Part shown: positions 24,975-36,143 of the stretch, piece by piece
Layout of the letters: each line of letters begins with the position of its first letter
How positions within the stretch are numbered: position 1 is the stretch's first letter
Origin: Tricharina praecox
Taxonomy: Eukaryota
Assembly: GCF_024521635.1 (NCBI RefSeq)
Contig: NW_026250406.1
Coordinates: 62,001 to 126,000 of the forward strand
Direction of reading: 5' to 3'
Length of the DNA: 64,000 nt
Notes under the pieces: model-generated
Databases searched by the model: none
Told to the model about the DNA's origin: nothing
The model's input: the letters and a program-made list of their open reading frames with translations, nothing else
Program-made: the position numbers and the translations under genes

Positions 24975-26287
24975 TTACAATATCATGTCTGCATCGTCTG
25001 CTACCGGGGCGGCAGCGGGTGGAGCTGCGGGGACCTCATCCTGCGCACTTCCAAAGTAGTCGTTCATCTCGGCGTCCAGCTCTTCGACCGTCTTCTTGGG
25101 CCTGACGTTTCCACCTCCAGCGCCGCCGCCGCCACTGGTAGCTCCTGCGCCCCGTCCACCACGACGGCCACCACCCCTCTCCCTCTCCCTGTCCTCTCTT
25201 ACAGGTCTAGGACCACTCTGCGTCCTCTCTCCACCTCCACCGCCATCCCTACCGCCACCACCTCCGCCGCCGCCACGTCGTCGTTCTGGCGGAACGTACC
25301 TGTCGATACCCGGTGGCGTCGGCTTCCTGGTCGGGTCCCTCCTCTCATCCTTGAGCACGGGCTCCTCGGGATTCTTGAGCTTGATGCGCTCGAAGAGGCC
25401 CCTCGGAGGCAGCGAGACGAGGGAGACGGTGATCGGCTGGCCGTTGGCATTCGCGCCGTCGAAGTCGCGCACCGCGTTGGCCGCGTCCGACTCGCGCGCG
25501 TACGATACGAAACAGGTGCCTTCGCTGCGGCCAGCGCGGTCGTATACCATCTCGAGCTTTAGGACGGGGCCTTTGCGGCGGAAGAGGTCCTGCGCGGGTT
25601 TGCGTTAGCCAAGACGGCCGACACGGCGGATTGAGGGAGCATGTACGAGTAGTTCGTCTTCACCGAGTTCGTAGTGCAGGTTCGAGACTTTGATCTTGGT
25701 GCCTTGGGAAGGACTGTAGGAGTCGTCAGTGTCAACACTTTACACCGCGGAGTACTCGGAACATACGCTCGGGAAGCCGCGCCCCTGTCGCCCCTGTCGC
25801 CCCTGTCACCGCGATCCGCCTGTCTCCTCGGCGGCGCCTCGTCGCCGTCAAATTTGTCGTGGACCCATAATCTGCGCACATGTCGTTAGCACTCGACTGT
25901 CCACACCACTTCACTCGGAACAGGACGACAAACCTAGACTCGTCGTAACCGTTCCTCCCAGAGTTGGAGGTGGGCTAAATTATCGCACACGTCAGCGCCG
26001 AGGGTCGAGTAGGAGTAGGAGTAGGAGTCGGAACTGGAGGTGGTGGAACATGCCTGATCGCGACAGGACGACAATCAGCGGGAGGCACCGACAAAACGCG
26101 CGCGTAAGGAAAGCAGACATACCTTTCGAACTCCGCCTCCGCCACGGGGCGTGCTACGGCGCTGGCTTCTATTCCTGTTGTTCTGCTGCTATGGGAGCGA
26201 TCGCGTTAGCATGACCTCTGGCACTTCTTCTCCCTCTTCAGCGCGAATTACCCTCTCGCGAACGACTTCGTCCAGAGCTCTATCCAT
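24975..26287 (-). CDS. ALYREF/Yra1/Mlo3-like RRM mRNA-export adaptor family protein
   Basis: N-box MDRALDEVVRER; LWVHDKF; RRM TKIKVSNLHYELGEDELL|DLF...YDRAGRSEGTCFVSY...FDGANANGQPITV; RGG region; C-box KKTVEELDAEMNDYF. Exons join in frame across canonical introns. Confidence 0.88.
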
Positions 26288-26755
26288 GGCGGCGACTTGT
26301 GACTGAAGAGATTTGGGGTAAGAGGTGGTTGGGTGGAGTGAGCGGTAGGTTGTGAAGTGAGAAGGGACGAGGACGACGAGATGTGGAATTGCCAACTCTA
26401 CTCTATGTAAGCTCTGCTGCGGTTGCTTTAGTCCGCCAAGCCGCTGTCGACACCGCAGCAGCGTGGCTGAACGGAGAATGGCCCTTGCCACGCGCACGGA
26501 ACAACGCAAGACCCCGTGATATTTGAACTCGTACGTTATCCAACAGACAGATGTGCAAGCTACTGAACATCAAAAAAAACTCCTGTATCAGGTTCCACCT
26601 TTTCTTCACTCTCACCAGCCCCCCAAATGGATATTGAAAAAAAAACCAAAGCAGCCCACGTCCAAGTACTCCAACCAATCAGCCAACCCAACGGTCCCTA
26701 CTAGCCAATCTCGCAAAGAAAAGAACCCTCCGTGATCGTGATGACGATATGCGCA

Positions 26756-28692
26756 TTACACAGTCGGCTCGCAATAGTTGGCCGGAAACTGTCCCTTTCT
26801 CCCATTACATTCTCCCTCCCACCAGTCTATGCAGTCAGTCAGCTTGCGATCATAGGCAAGAGACATGAAGAACACACCATCAATATTATCCGTCTTCTTC
26901 AAAACCTTGATCCTCTCCCCCTCACTGAAGCTGAGATCCCCACGGTCCTGTCCTTCGAACGTGAATATGGCCTTAACCCACACCTCCTTCGGCCCGGCAA
27001 ACTTCTTCTTTGGCGGTGGTGGCGGCGGCTTCTTCTTTCCCGCCACGATACTGACCAGTTGGCTCGGCGAAGGTGATCTACCTCCGGACGACGGGATGCG
27101 CGGCGAGAGAGTGCGGCCCGTCCTAGCTGACTCCGGAGAAGGACTGGTGGGAGAAAGCGAGCGAACGCTTCCTCTCGAGCTCGGAACGGTCAATGCCGTC
27201 GGCCTCAATCCGGCCAGTGGTGTAGGAGTGACCGAGCCGCCTCCGTACGAGCCGCCATACGATCCGATACGGGGCCTGTCGACGCCGTTGCTGCCCGGCC
27301 GAGGTCCGGGCAATGGGGGCGGCGGGGACTCGTCTCTTAGCGACGCGGACCTTCCGATCTTGGGTCCGCCGCCAATCGATGGCCTGGCACCGGGCATCGG
27401 CGGTGGAGGCGAGTGGTCACGCTCGTCGCGCGAGTATCTGCTGGACAAGCTGGTGCTCGACTTGGGCTTTGTGATTCCCGGCCGGCTGTTTTCGTTCCCC
27501 CTCGATGGCGGCGGTCGCCCACCGTCCGCTGCGATTGCTGCCGTTGGCGGCGGCGGCGGAGGCGCTTTCCCCTTCCCCAGCGGCACCCGTGGTAACTTGG
27601 ACAGTACACCCTTGTCGGGAGTATAGTTCATGGGCAAGGTGACGGCCTTGCCTTTCAGGATCAACCGCAGCTCCGATTCGACCTGCTGCTTGACCGGCAG
27701 GAACAGTTCCTCCCATTCGGAGACGACAACAGCGCTGTCGGGGTCGGTGAAGCCATTCTCGGTAGCGTAGTGGTACAGTTGCGAGTAGGAGTGTTGTAGA
27801 AGCGTGAACTGGACTTGCACCGCGATTTCGACCACCAACGGGAGGAATGCGGTGATTCCCGCGAGCAACGGAGGAACGCTCTCTCGGATGGAGTCGTCCG
27901 CGATCGAGTAGGCCTGCCACCGTCAGTCAGTCGGGAAATCCGCAAAATTCGTTTGCTCGCCCTACATTTTTTGCCCTCTCGAGCTCGGCTTCGCTCTTCT
28001 GCAGCGCCCCGTAGTCCCTATTCCCGTCAACGCCGTTATCCCCGCCAACACCAAAACTCTTTCCCGTGATAACCTACTTATCAGTCTTCGCTTTCTTCAG
28101 CTTCAACGTCTCAGTTGCCTTGGCAAACCGCTCGTAATCCAACTTCTTGTGCTCCCTCTTCTCGACGGCCTTCTTGATGGGTTTCAACATTGCCTAGCCC
28201 AGTCGTCATCAGCATTCAAACTCCCCCAGTCCCTCACAATGGGATCACGCACTCTACACTCTCCCAACGGCTGCACGAGCATAGTCTCGACCTTGGCCAC
28301 CTCGTCGAGCATGTCGTCCTTCAGCTCATTATACGACGTATGCAGCAGCGCAACCCTCCGCATGATCTCCGGCGGCGTCGGTTCCGGCGGAATGGTGGAG
28401 TCCCCGGTGCGCGGGATCGTCTGGTACACGTCGTGGAAGGAGTCGGCGAGCCGCGTCTGATTCACCAGTATATCGCTCCAGGAGTCGCGCCATGTTTTCG
28501 TGTGTTCGAGGAGCTGCCCAACACCCATTAGATCAGTCCCCCACTTCTCCCCGACGAACTCACTGCGGGCGGCCTCACCTTGCCGAGGAAAAGATCCATG
28601 TCGTCAACCTCCTTCATGATCATGGAGACGCTGGCATCGTCGGCCGACCGCGATTGGAAGCGGCCGATTTGGCGGTGTATCGTTTTCGACAT
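26756..28692 (-). CDS. BAR-domain / Pro-rich / C-terminal SH3 protein
   Basis: MSKTIHRQIGRF...; helical BAR-like part with KKREHKKLDYERF; Pro/Ser linker; SH3 VKAIFTFEGQDRGDLSFSEGERIKVL...D|DWWEGECNGRKGQFPANY. Several short introns. Confidence 0.88.
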
Positions 28693-29762
28693 GGTGCTGA
28701 TGTTGTCGTTGTTGTGCGGGGTGGGGTGGTTTGTTCCTTAGATGAGGAAGCGATGGATCTCTCCCCACACTCTCACTGTCTCTCTTTTCTTTCTTCCCGC
28801 CTCGTTCTCGTTCGGTCTGTCGGTCGTGTCCGTCGAATTGAATGTGCACTACTCCCAAGTCCCTTCCACTGCTCCGTACATAGATGGGCCGTAGAGTAAA
28901 TTGCTAAGTTGTCGGATTCCGTCCTTCTCGGAGGGTTGGCAGTCTGGCGGTCTGGAATGGTGTTACGTATATCGCGGTGCCTAGCTACCTGTCGGGTTAG
29001 GCGTGCCGCAACCTCGTAGGCTGAGACTTTTAGCTATTTCTGCGCTCCACACACCTGAGTCCTGACTTCACCGGAAGGCAGATTTTCGTGAACATCAATC
29101 GCAGAAATTAGTCAACTCCTACCTACTATGGATTCTTCTCCGCTTCATCTACCACTATGGACAGCTTTTATCCTGTCTCACCAGCCTATTCAAACACTCC
29201 CTTCCCAAGTTCCCATACCCACCTTCGTCTCCTCATACAAGGTCCTCACTCTAATTCAAGCGAGCCAGGGTTCCGGATCCGTCAGGATTCAGTCAGGCAG
29301 ACTCAGCCCCGTTCTGCCCGCTGTTCGCCACACCATATCTACGCTCCACCACACCACTGACCAGGCGTGCCAATCAGCGCTAGTTCCCGCGCCGCATCTT
29401 CCGTTCCCTAGATAGAAATGGGATGGCGAAAGCAAGCAACCTGGAACAGGAGCCGGGAACTCGCCGTGGGGGGTTTTGGTTTGGCTTGGCACGTGTGGAA
29501 GGGTGAGATGTCGTGAAGCAGTTGAGATGGTGCAAGCGGCAGTTCACTCGTCAAAGACCGCATGAGACCCTCGATCGTGACAGAATAGATAAGGTAACTC
29601 CAGCTGGTACACAGAGAGTAGGCACCGCTGTTTAAATGAGACATCAGATCACCAGGACTAGACTCCGTATTGTATTCCCCGGCAATGCATCTTCGTTTCA
29701 CTAGTCATCCAAACCCTCTATATTCCCCAACTAACTCCCGACCTTCAATCGTATTACTTAAT

Positions 29763-31706
29763 CTATTCCGCCCTTGCCTTCCGCATCCTCTCCTCTGCGG
29801 CCCTGGCGCGCCTCTCCCTGTCGAGCCTCATACGAGCCTCGGGCGTCAACCCTCTACTCTCCTCCTCCATCCTGCCCAACCCCGTGAACACACCTCCACT
29901 GCCCAACGACATACTCTTTATCCCTACCTTCCCCTTCGCCTTCCCCTTCTCCTCCTCCTTCAACCTCGCCACTTCACGCTCCCTCCTCGCCTTCTCCTCC
30001 GCTTTCTCGAGTGCCTCGCGCTGCTCAACCTCGGCACGTTTCAGCGGTGCGGGAACGGCGGCGAGCTCCCACTGCCATTTCTCCTCACCGAGCTCGCCGC
30101 GCGCGATGCGGAAGGTGTCGCGCGTCTGCCGATCGCCAGTGAGGAGGAAAGGCGTTTTGCCGTCTGCGTTTTTCAGCGTCGGGTCGGCGGAGGCCTTGGT
30201 GAGGAGTGCAGTTACTACTGCGGGATGATTGAGGGATGCGGCGAGGTGAAGCGGGGTTGGCGAGTGGTGGTGCTGGCTGGGGGGGAAGAAGGCGAAGTGC
30301 GCTGGGAGTTTATTAGATGACAGGTACGAGACTACTGACGAAGCTTTTGAGCGCCGGATGAGCGCGATGAGCTGTGTGGTATGCAGGAGGGCCGCTTCGT
30401 CTTCTGGCGAGAGTTTGGGTTGTTGTGGGGGCGCGGGAGAGGCAGGTTTCAGTTTCGATTGTTGCTGGGGCGCGAGCGCGGCGGTGGCAGCGGCGGCGAG
30501 TGCGGCTTCGTCGACACGGCTGATCTTGACTCGCGTGAGTTCCGTAAAGCAGCGGGTGAGCTCGCTCTGCGTTGCTCTGCGTGTCGAAAACGGGAACCCC
30601 CTAATCCGGGGATCATTGCTCTTCATCGGCGCGTCCTCGTAGCCAAACAGCGTGCGGCGATTCTGCATTCCGGTAGCTCTGACGAACAGCAGCTCGGCGG
30701 TGTCGAGATACTCCTTCCATCCCGCCAGGAGTTCCCGCACCTCGGCTGTCAGCGCCATCTCGTTGTGCCGTCGTATCGACGCTCCCGCAGAGTGTGCGGC
30801 GCCCTTCGCATTATCGTTCGCCGACTGTGATCCTCCCTGTTTCCGTCTCGTAGTGTACCGATGGAAAGTCTTGTGCGCTAGCACAACGGGCTCGCCGCCC
30901 CTCCCGCCCTGCCCCGCCTTCGGTGCAAGGCCCACCACCATGGCCGCAAAATGCCCCCCACCGATCATGCACATGAAGACATGCGGACTTGTCTCGCCCT
31001 GTAGTTGCATCCCCTTCAAGGCATCCAAATAGCCATCCTCCACCTCCTTCCGCGGGAACAGTGCTCGGTACACGCCCAGCGACACCTCCTTCTCCAGCTT
31101 GGAGGAGGAGAACCAGACGATGGGGGCATTCCCGGCAGTCTGCCTCCTCCCCCTGACCTCTTCGCCCTCGCCATCCCTATCCACAATCACCGCCTTCCGC
31201 CTAACCAAGGAAACCAGGCGATCTTCATCGTCCGCACCCGCACCCTCCTCCTCGTCGCTGGATTCACTGCCGGAGATGCTCTCCCCCTCAAGCTGCTGCT
31301 CAAGTAGCCGTTCGAACTCGTTTTCCCCCACTGCGGGCTGTCCCCGAGCCTTGAGCTTGGTGTTGAAGCGGTGCAGGTCCGAGCGGTAGTGCTGTCGCTG
31401 CTGCTGGACACTGGGTGTGGTGATGGAGCAGAGAGCGCAGGAGGTTGCGCCGCCGGGGGTTTCGGAGGCGGGTGTTGGTGTTGGTTCGGGATCCGCCGCG
31501 GGGGTGACGGCGGTGACGGCGGTGACGGCGGTGATGGATTTGAGCGTGAGGGTGGTGAGGAGGGTGGTGGGGAGATCGTAGACTGGGAACGTTAGCTCTA
31601 ATTCGCGATATCTTCTCGCGAGGATGCAGGACAAACCATAGAGCGGGCGCTTCAGTAATTCGTCTTCTTGCATCTGCGGTTGTGACTTTTGTGTAGGGGC
31701 AGCCAT
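29763..31706 (-). CDS. VMS1: Vms1/ANKZF1 ribosome-quality-control peptidyl-tRNA release factor (C2H2 ZnF, VLRF1, ankyrin, coiled coil)
   Basis: CALC...HYRSDLHRFN; MIGGGHFAAM; HKTFHRYTTRRKQGGSQSANDNAKGAAHSAGASIRRHNE; FPFSTRRAT; TPLHLAA..ADPTLKN; C-terminal RERRARAAEER. One intron, 31583-31636. Confidence 0.96.
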   Translation of the reverse strand: MAAPTQKSQPQMQEDELLKRPLYGLSCILARRYRELELTFPVYDLPTTLLTTLTLKSITAVTAVTAVTPAADPEPTPTPASETPGGATSCALCSITTPSVQQQRQHYRSDLHRFNTKLKARGQPAVGENEFERLLEQQLEGESISGSESSDEEEGAGADDEDRLVSLVRRKAVIVDRDGEGEEVRGRRQTAGNAPIVWFSSSKLEKEVSLGVYRALFPRKEVEDGYLDALKGMQLQGETSPHVFMCMIGGGHFAAMVVGLAPKAGQGGRGGEPVVLAHKTFHRYTTRRKQGGSQSANDNAKGAAHSAGASIRRHNEMALTAEVRELLAGWKEYLDTAELLFVRATGMQNRRTLFGYEDAPMKSNDPRIRGFPFSTRRATQSELTRCFTELTRVKISRVDEAALAAAATAALAPQQQSKLKPASPAPPQQPKLSPEDEAALLHTTQLIALIRRSKASSVVSYLSSNKLPAHFAFFPPSQHHHSPTPLHLAASLNHPAVVTALLTKASADPTLKNADGKTPFLLTGDRQTRDTFRIARGELGEEKWQWELAAVPAPLKRAEVEQREALEKAEEKARREREVARLKEEEKGKAKGKVGIKSMSLGSGGVFTGLGRMEEESRGLTPEARMRLDRERRARAAEERMRKARAE

Positions 31707-32094
31707 TGTGGTTGTTGTCGTTGGGTGGGGTTGGGAGGTGGCGGGCAGCGCGTTGAGCTGAGCTATGACGAAAGGTGGGAGGAAAGTGGGTGTTAACTTT
31801 TAAGTTTACAACCATGCCATGACTCATGTATCGCCCACGATGAGTCGAGCGTCGCGCCAATTCATGATTCAACACAAACTTTCTCATCCCATTCCTTTCA
31901 ACTTTAACATCAACATTCACCATTCAAACAATCCAGCCGCTATGTTCTCGTCTCCGATTCCAGGGACATCAACATTCAAAGCCCACCGCCGTCTTCACCT
32001 GCAAAATAACTAATACAATCCCGTAATTCCCCAACGCCGTCCGAGCAAGCAGGCAACAAGCAAAACAGTACATTTAGACATCGGAAGCAGGACA

Positions 32095-34138
32095 TCACCA
32101 CATGATTTCGTACCCCAGTAGCACCTCGGTATTAGCGCCTTCCCAGCCGCGGTTGCCAGCGGCGCTGACGAGATATCTACATGTTCTGTCGACGTCTGTA
32201 ATGATTCATTAGCCCTTGTCACGAGTGGGGGGAAGGTAGATGAGAGACATACGCAGATGCGATACGACACCACCATGGTGGCCGGGAATAATCAAAAACG
32301 GCGTTGTAGGCCCTCCCCTGCGTTCCTCCCACCTTAGATCCCATAAGCGCAAATTATCAAAGCTTGCACAGATGAGATGTCTCCCGTTAGGCATCGCCGT
32401 CATGGCAGTGACACTACCACTACCGAGCGGGAATTTCAGGGTTCTAGTGGGAGTGGAGAGCCCCTTGTGGACCGAGTACTCCTCAACGCAGCCGTTGCGA
32501 CGTCCGGCGTAAACAAAGTTACCATCCGTGCTCCAGACGCTGCTCATGCACCAGGGAGGTACATTGCGGCTTGGTTGGGAGACGGTGATGGGGACGGACA
32601 TGCGTCGGTCCCAAAGGCGGAGGGTGCCGTCCATACCGGCGGCTAGGAAGGTATTTTGGTCAGTTGTGGGGCCAGGGGGGAGCGGTGGTGGGGGGTGTGC
32701 GCTTGGTGGGGGAGATGGTGCCGCAGCGGCGGCAGCGGGGGTGGTGGCGGCGGCGGCAGCAGCACTCCTGGGGGTTATGCTATTTGAGGGGTTCGGCACG
32801 GAGTGGTCGTCTGGTGGCTGCTGCTCGTGACTTGTTGAGCCCCCGTCGAGGCCGTTGACTATAGCCTGGTTCATCTCGCTCATCTCATCACCCATATCAT
32901 CATCTCCAAAGAGGGAGCCAAAGCTGCGGGCACTATCCGCAGGGGATCCAGGGGCATCCGGCTCATTCTGAGCAGGAGGCGCAACACCATTCGTAGTCGG
33001 CGCCGGTGTAGGACCGGACGAGTCTCCTGCGCCGTTCGTGAGAATTTCACGAGAAATATCCTCCCATGCTACACCCTGTGTGTGCGGCCTGAAGGCGACG
33101 GCCGAGATCTGTCCCGCCGATCCTCCAAATTCCCGCACCACCTTCCCTGTGTTGAGGTCCCAATCGTAGACGTTCCTATCCCAGGAGCCAGAGATGACGG
33201 ACTTCTCGTCCGCGGCGAGAGCGAGGACCGAGACTGCCGAGGTATGTTTCCGCAGGGTGTGGATGATCTTTCCCTCGTCGTGACGAACCGATTGCAGATT
33301 GATCCCACCGCTCTATAATCCTTCGTGTCAGCGGCCATTTCTTCCTATCTCGGATATCTGCGGGTTCCCCACCTCCAGCCCACTTAGCAACCACAAGCTC
33401 TGGTTATGCACGGCCAGAGAATAAACCGGGCTCAACTTAAGATCGTCGGTGGTCTCTGGCACATGTAAATAGCTGCTCCTAACAGCCGGTTCCTCATTCT
33501 CCCAGTAAGAAAGCAGTATACCCGCGCGAGTAACACTATCCACGAATGGATGTTTCTGCGCGACCGTCAACGGCACTTTCCCATTCATACTCCCATACCA
33601 GTCGAAGCGTCGAATGTACCCGTCACTCCCACCGGTAAAGATCCACCGCATACACGGCGTCGCGCAGAACGCATTGATGCTCGTCGACATCGGTGCGGCG
33701 ACGTACGGCACGATGTCGTATGTGAGCGCTGTGTCGGCGCCGGGACGTAGTAACGGGAGGGGACGGTTTGGAGGAGCATCTGTAGTCGACCGTGAACGTG
33801 GCTGCTGCTGCGTCTCTATCCAATCGCAATCAATCAGTCAAGCTCAATTCCCCCCCCTCGAGTCTCACAGACGTACCTTCCTCCTGATCCCCATCCGGCT
33901 CGTCATCCTGCGCATCGTCCTCGTCGTTGTCGTTGTCCTCCTCATCGGGTTCCGGCTCATCTTCCTCCTCCTCGTCTTGGTCTTGGTCCACATCCTCCAT
34001 TATCTCGTCCTCGTCGGAGCCACCACCTGTAAAGGTCAGCGAGCGCGCGCGTGGTAGGTGGGGGGAGGGGGAGTTGTGGGCCGTACCGTTCTCCATGCCG
34101 TGTCCGGGTTCTCGTTCATCGTCCGAGAAGGAATCCAT
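32095..34138 (-). CDS. SPT8: SAGA subunit Spt8 (acidic N-terminus, WD40)
   Basis: Acidic N-terminus; YDIVPYVAAPMSTSINA; TGGSDGYIR; LTVAQKHPFVDSV; SYWENEE; SPVYSLAV; SGGINLQSVRHDEGK; PPWCMS; PFLIIPGHHGGVVS; last exon VSAAGNRGWEG..EVLLGYEI. Three introns. Confidence 0.95.
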
Positions 34139-36143
34139 GGAGACGCGTCTGGTACTGGCCGAGGAGTAAATGCTGCGGTTTCCGAGTCGCGTCGAGTTGG
34201 CCAGGTTCAGTTGCGCTTTAGCGATCACGGTATCGAGAGCAGCGTGGACAGGTAGAGTAGTTCACCAGACTGGACATGCATCTGCCGTAACCACGGGCAC
34301 GGGAAGCGACAGGGTTTAGCGGGAAGTGCCGATGAGAGTGATGAGCACGCACGTACGGTACGGTATGTATTCCCGAGAGCATGAACTTTGAAGACGAAGA
34401 ATTGCGCCGATGATGGGGCTCTTCCTTGTTCACGAGGAATGTTGGAACTGTACTAATACTTGCAGACCATGCAATTTTCCGGATTCTCTCTTTCTCTTGC
34501 TTTCTTTGTGCGAAGTTTTCATTTACTTTGGTACCGACAGTTACCTTTGTTTAGAGACATGCCGATCGAGTTCGATTGTCCAGCACCCGAATGAACGGCA
34601 CCTCTAAAATGCGCATTGCCGGCCATCTTCGACGCTCTCGCGCCAGGAACATAGCCCTTTTTGAGTGAGATATTGGTACGCTGCTCAAGACCTCAATCAC
34701 GCACATACGGAAGCAGTCCAATGGTTCTTTTCCTTTCCTTTCCTGGGACATCTGCGGATTTATGTACTATCAGAGCCGCTCGGTGTCGGTGGAGCTATCT
34801 CGCATCAATATACCACGAAGGAACTGGGACCGTCCACTTTCGTTGATCTTGGGACTCGCCACTTTTATGTTCGTGTATCTCTTGCATGGTATTCGAGCCT
34901 CGCGTGCGGGTTCGAGTATATTGACTTATATGCCGGTGCGAGGGAAAATTCTTGGTGCTCTTCAAGGGAATTTGGGCTCACGTGGAAGCCTGGTGCGGAA
35001 ACTCAGAGGACCGGTAGCTTTGATATCCATCTTGAGGGAAGGAATCTTGAGTCCTACCGTAGCACCAAGATTGCAGTAAACCAGTTACGTAGACAAGGTG
35101 ACTCTCGCGGGAAGGGCCATCAGGACATTCAGATTGATCAAATCCACCTTCCACCCTCGACCACGAGGGTCCCATGATTGATTCCCACAGAAAGCACTTC
35201 ATTTAAGTTACTCAGATTAACAGAAGATCTCCATGCCGTTCACTCAAATAGAGAAATCAACGAAAACCAAAAGCAACGACAAACTGGAAATTGTTGAGGA
35301 TTGGCAAGCTCAACGGAAACAAGAAAGAACGATGTCATACGAAGTGTGGCGTCACAGATCTAGAGAAGAAGATCTTTCGAAGTTATTTCAAGTCCCGTCG
35401 GGGATCACTCGCTCGGTTCATCCCAATGCAGTAATTGATGGCTGATGGTGTGCGACTCTTATATACACAGAGACTCCACTAACCCCGCACTCGCCTCCGC
35501 TGCAGAACGCTCTGCACGTGAAAACAGCCGCGAATCGCGATTGACAATGGTGGAACTATTAATTAGCGTACGAGCTTCTTCACCTTGTCCAAATTCGGCG
35601 TAATATTGAGATCGTGAAGTGACGGAGTGCATGATGGGCTTCTGTGTCTAGTTCCTTAAACGTTTCATGCGAAGATACGCAAAAGGCCAACCGCCCCACC
35701 TATGATTGCACAACATACGGCCAGCCGCGAAATCACTTCAGCCCACCGCCACCACTACCCCACTACCACTGCCACCACTACCATCATCACTACCATCACC
35801 ACTACCATCACCGCCACAACCACCATCGCTGCCACCACCCACCTCCTTCGTCTCCTCTAGAACAGCAGCAACTCGTTTCAGTACCAACTAGTCCTCCTCT
35901 AGTACCGGCTGCTGTTCTTCCCTTCCCGCCCATTTCTCACCCAACCTCTTCATCCGCGCGTTCTACGTCAGTTTCCATTGTTCCTCGTCTTACGCGACTT
36001 GACTAACCGATTGATCTACTCCATCTGTAAGTGCTAGTTACCCCGGACCCCACATGCACACAAAAAAAAAAGAATCCGCCTTTCCGTTTTGGTGAAGCTG
36101 ACGATTTAGTTGGGTTAGTAAGCTGTTGAGCACGACCACGACG

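Noticed and set aside
29670..31595. Antisense ORFs over VMS1 and other GC-rich genes
   Set aside because: These are shadow ORFs caused by GC-rich codon usage on the coding strand.
34560..35450. Lower-GC island with 170-aa and 70-aa ORFs between SPT8 and hrr1
   Set aside because: There is no recognisable motif, splice model or terminal repeat. It could be a relic, but I cannot support that.
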